A stretch of 64,000 nt of DNA from Dehalococcoidia bacterium (GCA_963666115.2 CAXXET010000006.1:480001-544000), one strand, 5' to 3'. Counted from the first letter of the stretch, positions 28,088-38,759 are shown. Notes: a model not told the origin generated them from the sequence alone. Made by a program: numbers and translations.

Positions 28088-30769
28088 ATGACTTCTTCAG
28101 CCGATGGATTCGACGGAGCGGTTGTCGCCGCCAATCGAAACGCGTTGCGGGATGCGGTGTCCGCCCAGCTTGGGGACGAGAGCGCGGAGCACGTCGAGGC
28201 CGTCACGGATCTGATCGTCCAAATGGCGGATGCGCCGCCACTTGGCCCGGACGGCGCGCTCCACCGGCTGAACGGGGCGGAAAACGGCGACGCGACAGCC
28301 GCCATCGCCAGGATTATCGAGGCAGCGCAGCGCAATTCAACGAACGGCCATCACGTGAACGGCGTAAACGGGGCGGCAAAGACGGCCCCGGTTCCGTTGT
28401 GGGACGCGAGCGGAGAGGCGGAGCCTATCATGTCTCCCAACTCTCGCGCCATCCTGGAAAACCGCTATCTGGCGCGCAACGCGGACAACGAGGTGATTGA
28501 GGACCCGCGCGGGCTGTTCGAGCGCGTGTCGCGCGCCGTGTCGCAGGGCGAGCTGTCTGCGGGCGGAACCGAGGCGGAGTCCGCCGAATGGGCAGGCAGG
28601 TTCTACCGCGTCATGTCCACGCTCAAGTTCCTGCCCAACTCGCCAACGCTGGTCAATGCGGGCAAGGACGGACGCGGCTCGCTGAGCGCGTGCTTTGTGG
28701 TCTCGCCGCAGGACGATATGAGTTCAATCATGAAAGTCGCCTCGGACGCGGCGATGATTGAGAAGTGGGGCGGCGGCATCGGATTTGGATTCTCCAACCT
28801 GCGCCCCAAGGGCGACCCTATCGCGACCACGCACGGGATGGCGTGCGGGCCGGTGGCGGTGATGAAGCTGTATTCCGCCGTCGGCGCGACGCTGACGCAG
28901 GGCGCGTTCAGGCTTGGCGCGCACATGGGGCAGTTGAGCGTCCGGCATCCTGACGTGCTGGAGTTCATCCACGCCAAGGACGATGATGCCTCGCTCCAGA
29001 ACTTCAATATCTCCGTGCAGGTCACGGACGATTTCATGCAGGCCGTGGAGGCCGACGCGGATTGGGACCTGATCAGCCCCAAGGACGGGCGCGTGACGGA
29101 CACGGTCAAGGCGCGCGACCTTTGGAGCGATATCTGCAACTCCGCGTGGAAGACGGGTGACCCGGGGCTGGTGTTCATGGATCGGGTGTGGGAGACGCAG
29201 CCGAACCCGCAGCTCGGCCTCATCGAGACGTCCAACCCGTGCGGGGAAGAATTCCTGGAGAATTACGGGAACTGCTGCCTCGGCTCTATCGATCTCGCCA
29301 AGCATCTGACGGTGGACAAGGCGGGATTCGACTGGACGATGCTCGAGGACACCGTGCGGACTGCCGTCCGTTTCCTCGATGACGTTATCGAAATCAACAC
29401 GTTCCCGCTGGGAGAGCTGCGGGAAATGAACCTGAAGACGCGCCGCATCGGCCTCGGCATCATGGGCTGGGCGGACGCACTGGTGGACCTCACGGTTCCC
29501 TATGATTCGCAGCAGGCGCTTGATCTCGCGCGGAAAGTCGGCCGCTTCATCCGCGAGACGGCGTGGTCGGAATCGGAAAAGCTGGCAGCGCAGCGCGGGC
29601 CGTTCCCGGAGTATGAGAATTCCCGGCTCAAGGAGCAGGGGATGCCGCCGGTGCGTCACTCGAGCGTGACGACAATCGCGCCAACCGGCACGATCTCGCG
29701 GCTGGCCGACTGCTCATCCGGCATCGAGCCGCACTTCGCCCTCGCGTGGTGGTCGAACATCCTGTGGGAAGACCATGACGGCACGAGCACGCGGTTCCTT
29801 GATGCTCCGCTGCCCGTTCGCCGCGCCCTCATCGCCGACGTGGGAGAAGAGACTGCCGAGGAGACGCTGGCGCAGCTTGCCAACGATCCGGCGTGGCGCG
29901 ATGACGTTGTAACCGACCTGATCAGCAATCACGGCGTGCGGACGGCGATGGCCATTGATCCCGACTGGCACGTGCAGATGCAGGCGGCGTGGCAGGAGAA
30001 CACGACGAACTCCGTGTCCAAGACCATCAACCTGGCGAATGACGCCACGGTTGCGGACATTGGCAAGGCGTTTTGGGATGCGTGGACGACGCAGTGCAAG
30101 GCAATCACGGTCTACCGCGACGGCTCCAAGAGCATGCAGGTGCTGGAAACAGGCGCGTCTGGCGGTGAAGAGGACGCGGAGTTGGACGAGATTCACCGCG
30201 TGCCGCGCCAGCGTCCGCAAACCCTCAGCAGCATTACCGACCGCATCCGCACCGGCCACGGAAACCTGTACGTGACCATCACCTTCGATGAATACCATCG
30301 GCCTTTCGAGGTGTTCACCAACTTGGGCAAGGCCGGTTCCAGCGACGCGGCGTACTTGGAAGCGGTGAGCCGCCTGGCGTCGCTCGCGCTGCGCTCAGGC
30401 GTGGGCGTGGAGCAGGTGATCGATCAACTGCGCGGCATTACGGACGCGCCCACGTGGGACGAGGGCCAGCAGGTTCTCAGCGCGCCGGACGCCGTGGCGT
30501 TGGCGCTGCTGCGGCACGCGCGCCCCGTCGATGAGGAGCGCGACGAGATGGCGCGGCGGGCGCGTGAGACGTTCGGCGAGAAGTTCAACCTTGACGAGCT
30601 GGGAGAGATTCACCCGGACGCGGTGATGCAGAGCCAACTGTTCGCGGGGGCCCAGGCGGCAGCCCCGCGCGCCGTGGCACAGCCGCAATGCCCCGACTGC
30701 TACGACGGGAAACTGATCTTCACTGAGGGCTGCATGATGTGCCTTTCGTGTGGCTACTCCAAGTGCTAG
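28088..30769 (+). CDS. nrdJ: Class II (AdoCbl-dependent) ribonucleotide reductase with C-terminal TSCPD/Zn-ribbon
   Basis: FLPNSPTLVNAG, LSACF, NPCGE, CCLGS, RRIGLG, TIAPTGT and YRDGS motifs; C-terminal CPDC...CLSCGYSKC; no R2 gene. Confidence 0.92.
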   Translation: MTSSADGFDGAVVAANRNALRDAVSAQLGDESAEHVEAVTDLIVQMADAPPLGPDGALHRLNGAENGDATAAIARIIEAAQRNSTNGHHVNGVNGAAKTAPVPLWDASGEAEPIMSPNSRAILENRYLARNADNEVIEDPRGLFERVSRAVSQGELSAGGTEAESAEWAGRFYRVMSTLKFLPNSPTLVNAGKDGRGSLSACFVVSPQDDMSSIMKVASDAAMIEKWGGGIGFGFSNLRPKGDPIATTHGMACGPVAVMKLYSAVGATLTQGAFRLGAHMGQLSVRHPDVLEFIHAKDDDASLQNFNISVQVTDDFMQAVEADADWDLISPKDGRVTDTVKARDLWSDICNSAWKTGDPGLVFMDRVWETQPNPQLGLIETSNPCGEEFLENYGNCCLGSIDLAKHLTVDKAGFDWTMLEDTVRTAVRFLDDVIEINTFPLGELREMNLKTRRIGLGIMGWADALVDLTVPYDSQQALDLARKVGRFIRETAWSESEKLAAQRGPFPEYENSRLKEQGMPPVRHSSVTTIAPTGTISRLADCSSGIEPHFALAWWSNILWEDHDGTSTRFLDAPLPVRRALIADVGEETAEETLAQLANDPAWRDDVVTDLISNHGVRTAMAIDPDWHVQMQAAWQENTTNSVSKTINLANDATVADIGKAFWDAWTTQCKAITVYRDGSKSMQVLETGASGGEEDAELDEIHRVPRQRPQTLSSITDRIRTGHGNLYVTITFDEYHRPFEVFTNLGKAGSSDAAYLEAVSRLASLALRSGVGVEQVIDQLRGITDAPTWDEGQQVLSAPDAVALALLRHARPVDEERDEMARRARETFGEKFNLDELGEIHPDAVMQSQLFAGAQAAAPRAVAQPQCPDCYDGKLIFTEGCMMCLSCGYSKC

Positions 30770-30841
30770 GAGCAGGAAACGACACGAGGAGATCACCTTA
30801 ACACGCAATCAAGACAACCCTCTCATCCTCCTTTATCCCTG

Positions 30842-30881
30842 GTCATCGGGCCGGCCCCCACCCCGGCCCGATGGCTTTTTT
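30842..30881 (+). terminator. Intrinsic terminator after nrdJ
   Basis: CATCGGGCCGG-loop-CCGGCCCGATG then GCTTTTTT. Confidence 0.8.
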
Positions 30882-30935
30882 GCGGCTGCGCGGGCCGCTA
30901 GTCCCCACCGGGCCCGCCGAAAGAGTGTACCACTA

Positions 30936-31880
30936 TCAGGATTCGGCCTTGATCGCCTTCAGTACGCCGATGAGCCACAGGCGAAAGTCGCGCTGTTTCA
31001 CGTCAAAGAGGCGGCTGTAGATGTTCATGGGCGGGTGCCCGGACTCGCTGCGCCCCCCAATCTCCTCACGCGCCAGTTGGTGCGCCGCCGGCCAGTTCTG
31101 CTCCCGCTCCGCCTCCTGTCGCCGCGCCACAATCTCATCCACCGGCAGGTAGCGGATATTCGGGTTGACCCCCAGGTACTCCTCAAACAGCGCCCAGTAC
31201 TCGGCCCGCGTCAGGTTGCCCGGCCCGCCAAGCTCGAACACGGCGTTGTACGCCCGCCGCTCCAGGTGCGCGTGAATCAGGTAATCGGCAAGCTCATCCA
31301 GGAAGATGAAAACCATCGACTGGTCGGGCGTGCCGTAAATCGTCATCGCCCCGCCCGTCTGCACCTGGTACGCCTGCCGGCGGACGATGTCCCCCGACGT
31401 ATCGATCATCCCGCCGGGACGAAACACGGTTCCGGCCACGCGCGCGTCGATCAGCCGTTGATCCGACCGCGCCTTCGCGGGATACACCGGGTAGAAATCC
31501 CAGCGCGTGTCGGCATTGCGGACGGAGATGAGGGACATGTGCTTGACGTCATTCTCGCTGGCAGCCTCAATTAGATTGACCGTCCCCTGGTACTCCACCG
31601 CCTCTATCAGCCGGAGGCCGCGCGCAGCCGATTGCGCCCCAACGCACGCGATCACCCAATCAACGCCCCGCGTCGCCGCAAGAAGCGACTCCTTGTCCTC
31701 GTAATCACCCTCCACGTACTGCGCCCCATCGACGGGTTGCTCGGGGATGGTGGAGTGGATCATCGCCCGCACGTTCGCGCCTGCGTCCCGGAGCTTCTGC
31801 ACGACGATGCTGCCCGTCCGTCCGGTCGCCCCCGTGACGAGGTACGTCCCCTGCGCGATGTCCTGCTGCGTGAAAGGCAT
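30936..31880 (-). CDS. NmrA-like/atypical SDR NAD(P)-binding protein
   Basis: LVTGATGRTG and VFELGGP motifs. Confidence 0.85.
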   Translation of the reverse strand: MPFTQQDIAQGTYLVTGATGRTGSIVVQKLRDAGANVRAMIHSTIPEQPVDGAQYVEGDYEDKESLLAATRGVDWVIACVGAQSAARGLRLIEAVEYQGTVNLIEAASENDVKHMSLISVRNADTRWDFYPVYPAKARSDQRLIDARVAGTVFRPGGMIDTSGDIVRRQAYQVQTGGAMTIYGTPDQSMVFIFLDELADYLIHAHLERRAYNAVFELGGPGNLTRAEYWALFEEYLGVNPNIRYLPVDEIVARRQEAEREQNWPAAHQLAREEIGGRSESGHPPMNIYSRLFDVKQRDFRLWLIGVLKAIKAES

Positions 31881-31931
31881 TGTTCCTCCCGTGTGAATAG
31901 TGTGTGAATGACCGTCGCCGCCGCCCCGGAC

Positions 31932-33446
31932 TCAGTTGTCGCCGAGCATGTCTTCGACGAGGCGGACAAGGGTGCGGACAGGCTGGCCCGTCGCCCCGCG
32001 CGTCTGCCACCCGTTCTCGCGGTCCGTGGCAGCGACGGATGCGATGTCCAGGTGCGCCCAGGGCGTGTCCCCGGCGAATTCCTGGAGGAACTTGGCGGCG
32101 GTGATGGAGCCGGCGGGCTGCCCCCCCGTGTTCTTGACCGTCGCAACGCTGCTCTTGATCTGCTCCTTGTACTCGTCCCACAGCGGCATCCGCCACATCT
32201 TCTCGGCAGTCGCCTCGGACGCGTCCTGCAACCGGCGCGCAACGTCATCATCATTGGCGAACATGCCCATCGCCACCGTCCCAAGCGCCACGCGAATCGC
32301 GCCCGTCAGCGTCGCCACGTCAATCAGCGGCGTCATGCCCTTGCTGTTGGCGTAGGAAAGCGCGTCGGCAAGAATCAGGCGCCCCTCCGCGTCCGTGTTC
32401 TCAACCTCCATTGTCTTGCCGTTCATGGCCGTGAGGACGTCGCCCGGTTTCGTCGCGCTGCCGCCGGGCAGGTTCTCCGTGGCCGGCACGAGGCCGGTGA
32501 CGTTGATGGGCAGGCCGAGGCGTCCGATGGCCTGCATGGCGCCAATGACCGCCGCGCCGCCCGCCATGTCCCCCTTCATCGCGCTCATGTTGGCGGCCGG
32601 CTTGATGGAGATGCCGCCCGAGTCGAACGTGACGCCCTTGCCGATGAGCGCGACGGTGGGGCGCGAATTGTCCGGGTCGCCCCGGTGCTCCATGATGATG
32701 AACGCGGGCGGCTGATGGGAACCGGCGGTGACGCCAAGCAGGCCGCCCATCCCCATCTCAGTGATCTCGCCGACGCTCAGGTTGGTGAATGTCATGCCGC
32801 TGGTGTCCGCGGCGTCCTTTGCGCGTTGCGCGAGGATGGTGGGCGTCATGCGGTTGGCAGGCTCGTTGGCCAGGTCGCGCGCGAGGGCGACGGCCTCCGC
32901 GATGATCGCGCCGCGGTCGAGGCCGCGGTCCAGTTCGGCCAGCGCGGCGTCGTCATCGGCGACGAACGTGGCGGATTCAGGTTCACGGCCACCCTCGTCA
33001 TCGCCGCTGTTGGGATTCGCAGTGATGCGGTAGAGGCCGAGCAGCGCGCCCTCTGCGGATGCCTGTGCCGCCTCCACCGCGCTCAGATAGTGCGCGGCGG
33101 GACGGTGCGCGGTAATGGTCTTATAGCCGTTGGAACGCGCGCGCCGCACCACGTCTGCGGCCAGGCGTCGGAGTGTGGCGGCGCTTGCGGCATCAGCGGG
33201 TCCACAGCCGGCGACCATGACGCGGCGCGGGGTGATTCGGCCCAGGGTGTGGATGATGGTGAGTTCGCCGAGCTTGCCGCGAATCTCACCGTCCTCGATC
33301 AACGCCGAAATCTGGCCGTCCAGCGCCTCGTCCACCTGCCCGGCCGCGCCCGGCAGCGGACTCTCCATCATCCCCTGGTACACGCCGACAACGGCGCAGT
33401 CTGCTTCTGTATCAATCAGGGTTCCCTTGGCTGCCTTGAGTTCCAT
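31932..33446 (-). CDS. pepA: Leucyl aminopeptidase (M17)
   Basis: GKGVTFDSGG, MKGDMAG, NTDAEGRL and ATLTGA motifs. Confidence 0.95.
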   Translation of the reverse strand: MELKAAKGTLIDTEADCAVVGVYQGMMESPLPGAAGQVDEALDGQISALIEDGEIRGKLGELTIIHTLGRITPRRVMVAGCGPADAASAATLRRLAADVVRRARSNGYKTITAHRPAAHYLSAVEAAQASAEGALLGLYRITANPNSGDDEGGREPESATFVADDDAALAELDRGLDRGAIIAEAVALARDLANEPANRMTPTILAQRAKDAADTSGMTFTNLSVGEITEMGMGGLLGVTAGSHQPPAFIIMEHRGDPDNSRPTVALIGKGVTFDSGGISIKPAANMSAMKGDMAGGAAVIGAMQAIGRLGLPINVTGLVPATENLPGGSATKPGDVLTAMNGKTMEVENTDAEGRLILADALSYANSKGMTPLIDVATLTGAIRVALGTVAMGMFANDDDVARRLQDASEATAEKMWRMPLWDEYKEQIKSSVATVKNTGGQPAGSITAAKFLQEFAGDTPWAHLDIASVAATDRENGWQTRGATGQPVRTLVRLVEDMLGDN

Positions 33447-33474
33447 GTCGGTGTTCTCCTTTACTGTTTGGCGA

Positions 33475-34044
33475 TTATAGCGGGTTGGTCGTGGCGGACT
33501 TGAGACTGGACTCAATTTCAGCGGCGATTTGCCGCAGGGCGGGCGTGACGTCCTGCGACGTATCGACGGTTAGGTGGTCGCGGCGAATGGGTTGGGCGGT
33601 GCGAATCATGCGGTCATAGACGTCGTTGCCGGCGGTGGAGTTGTCATCCGTATCGAGCGCCGAGGCAATGTCCGCTTCTCTTTGAGACAGGCGTTGTCGG
33701 ATCACGTTCTCAGGCGCGGTGAGTTCCACGATGATCAGGCGCGCGCCTGCGTCTTCCGCGATGCGGTACAGCCTGCGGCGGTTGCGGCGGACGAGGTTGG
33801 TCGCGTCAAGGGCGACTGTATGGCCGTCGCCCAGCAGGTCCTTCATCTGCGTGTGGATTTCTCGAAAGAGGCGGGCGCTCTCGCCCCCGGAATGCGTGGG
33901 TTCGCCGAAAAGCGCCGCGCGGATGGCATCGGACTCCAACGTGATGAGCGTCGGCGCCAGTTCCATGAGTTTGCGGCAGAAGTACGACTTTCCGCTGCCG
34001 GGGAGGCCTGAGAGGATGATGAGGGCAGGCGCGCCGTCGCTCAT
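33475..34044 (-). CDS. P-loop kinase (AAA_33-like)
   Basis: GLPGSGKS and LDATN motifs. Confidence 0.8.
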   Translation of the reverse strand: MSDGAPALIILSGLPGSGKSYFCRKLMELAPTLITLESDAIRAALFGEPTHSGGESARLFREIHTQMKDLLGDGHTVALDATNLVRRNRRRLYRIAEDAGARLIIVELTAPENVIRQRLSQREADIASALDTDDNSTAGNDVYDRMIRTAQPIRRDHLTVDTSQDVTPALRQIAAEIESSLKSATTNPL

Positions 34045-34718
34045 CGACTGAAATCGGGGCGGTCGTACAAGAGCGTGGCGACAAGAGATCGCTCAGGCGG
34101 CAGGCCGGTCTCCGGGTCCGGCGGCCATGCTGCCGTTGCGCGTCGCAGGAACGTGAGTCCCAATATGACGGCGCACGCGATGGCGGGAGCGTATGCCCCG
34201 AGCGCGACTCCAGCAATGATGTAGACGCTCATTCCCGCAATCACGGCAATCGGCACTGTGCGGCTCCGGTCCGAACTGTGGCCCCCCGGCATCACGTTCC
34301 GCATGACCTTGCGAATCGCCAGCAGGAGGAACACGGAGATTGCGATGGCGAATACCAGGGGATCGAACGCCGCAAGCGCGCCCGCCGCCGTGCCGTTGCC
34401 CCGCCCCCCGCGGAATCGCAGCGTCGCGGGCCACATCTGGCCGACAACCGCGCCCACGCCGCCCGCCGCCAGCGTCCATTCCGTGGACTCTCCGGGGAGC
34501 AGGGCGACGGCAAGCAGCGCGGCCACCGTTCCCTTGCCAACCTCGATGACGACGGACATCGTGCCGATGGCGAGCCCGGACTGCCTCCACAGGTTGCCCG
34601 CGCCGATGTTGCCCGTGCCCGCCGTCTTGAGGTTGATGCCCCGCGCGCGGGCAAGAAAGTAGATGATCGGGGCTGCCCCGATCACGTAGCCGAGAATGAA
34701 CGCCGCGATGTATGTCAC
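34041..34718 (-). CDS. plsY: Glycerol-3-phosphate acyltransferase PlsY family
   Basis: GTGNIGAGN and FRGGRG motifs; multiple TMs. Confidence 0.8.
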   Translation of the reverse strand: MTYIAAFILGYVIGAAPIIYFLARARGINLKTAGTGNIGAGNLWRQSGLAIGTMSVVIEVGKGTVAALLAVALLPGESTEWTLAAGGVGAVVGQMWPATLRFRGGRGNGTAAGALAAFDPLVFAIAISVFLLLAIRKVMRNVMPGGHSSDRSRTVPIAVIAGMSVYIIAGVALGAYAPAIACAVILGLTFLRRATAAWPPDPETGLPPERSLVATLLYDRPDFSR

Positions 34719-35650
34719 GAGTTGTTGGGTTCGCGCAGCGTGACGATGTGCGGCGCGGCGATGAGAAGCAGGGCGGGCGCTGAGAGAGCCGCCGTCACGA
34801 TGGCGCGGAATCCGATATCGACCCCGCCGGAGATCAGGAGGAAGCCGAGCGGGAGAGAGGCGGCCAGCATCCCGATCTTGAACAGGCGGTCCGACATCCT
34901 CACGGCGGCTGCGATGACAACTGCGAACGCCCCGAACAGCGCGGCGTTCTGCGCCCCGGCTTGCTCGATCGTTGCGTAGACGCCTTGATCAAACGCCAGG
35001 ATGGCGACGGACAGCAGCGCCATCGGCAGCACAACGAGCATGGCGTGAATCCAGTCCTTGCGGCTCAGCCAAACCATCAGCGCGCCGATGACGCCAAGCC
35101 CCGCAGCGCCCAGCCCGATTCCCAGCGCCCAGCTCAGCGGGTCGCGCGCCTCATAGCCGCCGCTCAACACGCTCCACGCCGCGTGGGCAGTGGTGCCAAG
35201 GCTGATCATGCTGACGAGCAGGACGGGGAAGAGGGCGTATCCAAGCCATGAGAAGACCCACGCGCGGCGGCTGAACCGGAAGACGCCCAGCGCGCTAATC
35301 ACAATGGCGACTGCCGCCGCCGCCGCGATCCATTCCAGGTTGTACCAGAGGCGCGTCGCGAAGAAAAAGGCGGCGACAAGGCTTGGGAAAGCGGACATCG
35401 CCGCGTCCGGCCAGGACCCCTGGTTCCGGATGCGCTCCACTTGCGCCGCGACGGCGCGGGCATCCCCGAAGGCGAGCGCGGCCTGTGCCCTTGCCTCCGC
35501 CGGGTCGATGCCTCGTTCCCGCAGGGTGGCGCTATGGTCTTCGATGTGGTCTGCCAGCTCCCGCAGCACGCTGCGGCGAGACCGGATTCTCGTGAGAACC
35601 TGGCTCGTCAGCGCGTGAATCGGGGTGGAGATGCTGCTCGGTGACGGCAT
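34715..35650 (-). CDS. Membrane protein with permease-prefix/HAAS N-terminal domain
   Basis: ELADHIED...A..AFGD motif then about 7 TMs; directly downstream of PadR. Confidence 0.75.
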   Translation of the reverse strand: MPSPSSISTPIHALTSQVLTRIRSRRSVLRELADHIEDHSATLRERGIDPAEARAQAALAFGDARAVAAQVERIRNQGSWPDAAMSAFPSLVAAFFFATRLWYNLEWIAAAAAVAIVISALGVFRFSRRAWVFSWLGYALFPVLLVSMISLGTTAHAAWSVLSGGYEARDPLSWALGIGLGAAGLGVIGALMVWLSRKDWIHAMLVVLPMALLSVAILAFDQGVYATIEQAGAQNAALFGAFAVVIAAAVRMSDRLFKIGMLAASLPLGFLLISGGVDIGFRAIVTAALSAPALLLIAAPHIVTLREPNNS

Positions 35651-35664
35651 GTCCGTATGGGCTG

Positions 35665-35997
35665 CTACGGCGTGGAGCCGGCTATGACCATGTTGACGGC
35701 GCGTGAGAAGTTGAGCCACTCCGCCCGGCGCTGCTCCAGTCGCTGGAGGCCGCGAGTGGAAATGGCGTAGTAGCGTCGGTATTGCCCGCCCGGCGACGTT
35801 CGCCACAGCCCCTCGATGAGGCTGTCGCGCTCCAGGCGGTGCAGGGCCGGGTACAGCGTGCCCTCCTTCATGGAGAAATAACCCTCGGAGCGGCGTTCCA
35901 CCTCCCGGAGGATTTCATAGCCGTACATCGGACGCTCGCTCAGCAGCGCCAGGAACAGGGAATCCGTGCTCCCCTTCAGGAGCTCGCGCTCACTCAT
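35665..35997 (-). CDS. PadR family transcriptional regulator
   Basis: PMYGYEI, EGTLYPALHRLE and RRYYAIS motifs. Confidence 0.93.
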   Translation of the reverse strand: MSERELLKGSTDSLFLALLSERPMYGYEILREVERRSEGYFSMKEGTLYPALHRLERDSLIEGLWRTSPGGQYRRYYAISTRGLQRLEQRRAEWLNFSRAVNMVIAGSTP

Positions 35998-36098
35998 GCC
36001 TCACCCCCCGGGCATCACCGCCCATCGCAACCACCGCCAATTCTACCACTTACGGCGCAAGGCGGGGTTTGTGCCGGAAATGTGGCAGGGACGGGGGG

Positions 36099-37415
36099 CT
36101 ACTTTGCGCCGCCGCTTGGGGCAGGCGCGGCGGCGGGCGTCTGGAGGCCGACGCCAAAGCCCTCCGTCATCACGCGCCGGAGCCTGGTGACCAGCGTGAG
36201 GGCAATGAAGACAACCGCGATGAATACGACCCCGGAAACGATGAGGACGGGAACCGAGCCGAAGATGTCTGCAATGAATCCAAACACCATGTTGAGAATC
36301 GCCATCAGGCTGAGCGCGGACATGGCGAACAGGCTGGAAACGCGCCCCCGAATCCCGTCCGGCACAACGGTCTGGATGTAGGTGATGGACAGCGACATGA
36401 ACGGCGCCTGCGTCAGGCCCATGATGAACGCGCCGGCAAGGCCGGTCGACTGCGACGGGGCGAATCCGAGAACGAGGACGCCGACCGAGCTTCCGGCGGC
36501 GGACAGGAGCAGGGCAATGCCCTTGGTTCGCTCGCTCCGGATGCCCGCAATGAGCATGACGCCGACGACCGCGCCGAGTCCGAAGAATGCCAGGAAGGAC
36601 GCGAGCGCGGAATCCGTCGCCCATTGGTCCGTGCCGTGGACGGGAAGAATCGACTCAAAGCCCATGGTCAGGCCGCAGTGGAATGCGACGAAGATGAGCA
36701 TGAGGCCGACGGTGGGCGTCCGGTAGGCGTACACCACGCCCGCCGTGAACACCGTCCAGATCGAGTCGCCCTGCTGGATCGCGCCGGAGGACGCCGTTCG
36801 GATGGTCAGGACGAGGAGCATGGCGATGATGTACCCGCCCGCCGCGACGGCGAACGCGATGCCAATGCTCGCCTCGCTCAGCCAGCCAAGCGCCAGCACG
36901 GATAACCCGCCGACGAGGCGCGAGCCCTGCAGGGAGATGTTGTTGAGCGCGATCGCGTTGAGGAGGTCATCCTTGCTGACGAGGTTCGGCACCAGCGCGT
37001 TTTGCGTGGGCATCTGCACGCCGCGCGCAATCCCGCTCAGCAGCGATATGACCGGCAGGTGCCAGAGCACGATCGCGTCTGCGAAATAGAGCCAGACCAG
37101 CAGGAGCGCCAACAGCACGTTGACCGCGTGGGCCACGGCGATCAGGTAGCGCCTGTCAAACTTGTCCGCCAGCACGCCGCTGAACGGCGGCACGACCACG
37201 AAGGGGATCAGCGCGGCGAACGTCGTGACACCGACCCAGAACGAGGATTCGTCGGATATGTCGAAGGCGAGGACGCCGCGTGCGGCAATGAGTCCCCAAA
37301 CGCCCGCCCCGGCAAAGGTGGCGGAGAGCCAGAATCGGCGGAAATCCCTGTACTTGAGCGCCGCCACGTAGCGGCGCAACAGACCCATTTCCTGCGCAGG
37401 TGCGCTCTCAGTCAT
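36099..37415 (-). CDS. MFS transporter
   Basis: GVLADKFDRR and IRGRVSS motifs; 12 TM. Confidence 0.9.
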   Translation of the reverse strand: MTESAPAQEMGLLRRYVAALKYRDFRRFWLSATFAGAGVWGLIAARGVLAFDISDESSFWVGVTTFAALIPFVVVPPFSGVLADKFDRRYLIAVAHAVNVLLALLLVWLYFADAIVLWHLPVISLLSGIARGVQMPTQNALVPNLVSKDDLLNAIALNNISLQGSRLVGGLSVLALGWLSEASIGIAFAVAAGGYIIAMLLVLTIRTASSGAIQQGDSIWTVFTAGVVYAYRTPTVGLMLIFVAFHCGLTMGFESILPVHGTDQWATDSALASFLAFFGLGAVVGVMLIAGIRSERTKGIALLLSAAGSSVGVLVLGFAPSQSTGLAGAFIMGLTQAPFMSLSITYIQTVVPDGIRGRVSSLFAMSALSLMAILNMVFGFIADIFGSVPVLIVSGVVFIAVVFIALTLVTRLRRVMTEGFGVGLQTPAAAPAPSGGAK

Positions 37416-37484
37416 CAGCTCCCCTTGGTGATGATCTCACCAACCTCAGATTCCGTATCATAGCAAATCTGCGTCAACCCCTCC

Positions 37485-37736
37485 TTACAACCGGCTAAAA
37501 ATATTCGCAATGATCTGCAGCGTGATAATCGCCACCAGCGGCGTGATGTCAATCATCCCCACAAGCGGAATGACGCTCCGTAGCGGCCCAAGGATCGGCT
37601 CCGTGATGTGATAGACGGTGGCCACGAGGGGATTCTCGTTGCTGACGTTCGGAAACCAGGAGAGAATCGCCCGCACGAAGATGGCGATCGTCAGCACCTG
37701 GCACAGGATGACGACGAAGGTTGTGATGAAGTCCAT
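37485..37736 (-). CDS. YggT family membrane protein
   Basis: RAILSWF, ITEPILGPLR and IDITP motifs. Confidence 0.9.
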   Translation of the reverse strand: MDFITTFVVILCQVLTIAIFVRAILSWFPNVSNENPLVATVYHITEPILGPLRSVIPLVGMIDITPLVAIITLQIIANIFSRL

Positions 37737-37739
37737 GTG

Positions 37740-38543
37740 CTACGACAGTTCGCGCGATTTCCGGTAGGCGGCGATGACTGCCTGCGTGACGGCCGCGCGG
37801 AGTCCGCCGTTCTCAAGCGCGGCGATGCCCTCCGCGGTTGTGCCGCCCGGCGACGTGACCATGTTGCGGAGCGCGGCGGGGTGCATGTTCGATTGGTCTG
37901 CGAGCGCCGCCGCCCCCAGCAGCGTCTGCCGCGCAAGCAGCTCCGCCTGGTCGCGCGGGATGCCGACGTGGACGCCGGCGTCGATCATCGCCTCCAGGAA
38001 CAGGAACACGTAGCCGGGCCCGCTGCCGCTCAGGGCAGTCGCCATGTCGATGTAGTGTTCGTCGTGGACTTCCAGTTCCCGCCCCATCGCGGCAAGGATG
38101 CGCCGCGCCATGTCCCGCTGCGGCTGCGTGACCTCCGGTGTCGCCGTCCACACGCTCATCCCGTGGCCAATCTGCGCGGGCGTGTTGGGCATGACGCGGA
38201 CAATCTGGTCGCAGCCGGTCACGTCCCGCAGTTTATCGATGCGGACGCCGGCGGCGATGGAGAGGTAGGGGCCGGGCGTGACGTTTCCCCGCTTGATGCC
38301 GGACAGCGCCTCGATGTGCTGGGGTTTGAGCGCGATGACGGCAAAGCCGTTGGAGACGACCTTTGCCGCGTCATAATTGTCGGCGACCACCTGGACGCCG
38401 TGCTTCTGCGCAAGGTAATCGCGGCGGGCGGCGTCGATTTCGCCGACGACAATCTCGCCGGGCTGTGCCACGCCATTATGGATGAGGGCGGTGATCATGG
38501 CTTCCGCCATGACGCCGCCGCCGATGAATGATATTCCTGCCAC
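37740..38543 (-). CDS. proC: Pyrroline-5-carboxylate reductase
   Basis: FIGGGVMA, RVMPNTPA, ALSGSGPGY and VTSPGGTT motifs; SD AGGAGG before GTG. Confidence 0.95.
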   Translation of the reverse strand: MAGISFIGGGVMAEAMITALIHNGVAQPGEIVVGEIDAARRDYLAQKHGVQVVADNYDAAKVVSNGFAVIALKPQHIEALSGIKRGNVTPGPYLSIAAGVRIDKLRDVTGCDQIVRVMPNTPAQIGHGMSVWTATPEVTQPQRDMARRILAAMGRELEVHDEHYIDMATALSGSGPGYVFLFLEAMIDAGVHVGIPRDQAELLARQTLLGAAALADQSNMHPAALRNMVTSPGGTTAEGIAALENGGLRAAVTQAVIAAYRKSRELS

Positions 38544-38600
38544 GGGGCCTCCTGCGTTAAGTATAGCGGGGGCGGCTATCACGTATACTGGAGGGAGCGC

Positions 38601-38676
38601 TCCGCGGTAGCTCAGTCGGTAGAGCGGTCGGCTGTTAACCGATTGGTCGTAGGTTCGAGTCCTACCCGCGGAGCCA
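38601..38676 (+). tRNA. tRNA-Asn(GTT)
   Basis: TCCGCGGTAGCTCAGTCGGTAGAGC..CT-GTT-AA..GGTTCGAGTCC..GCGGAGCCA. Confidence 0.97.
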
Positions 38677-38709
38677 AGCCTCCTTAAAGGGGCGTCCGGA
38701 TACTGCAAT

Positions 38710-38745
38710 GTCATTCTGAACGGAGCGCAGCGGAGTGAAGAATCC
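38710..38745 (+). repeat. REP-like family B copy
   Basis: GTCATTCTGAACGGAGCGCAGCGGAGTGAAGAATCC; related copy at 53524. Confidence 0.75.
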
Positions 38746-38759
38746 AAGGAGCCACTTAA

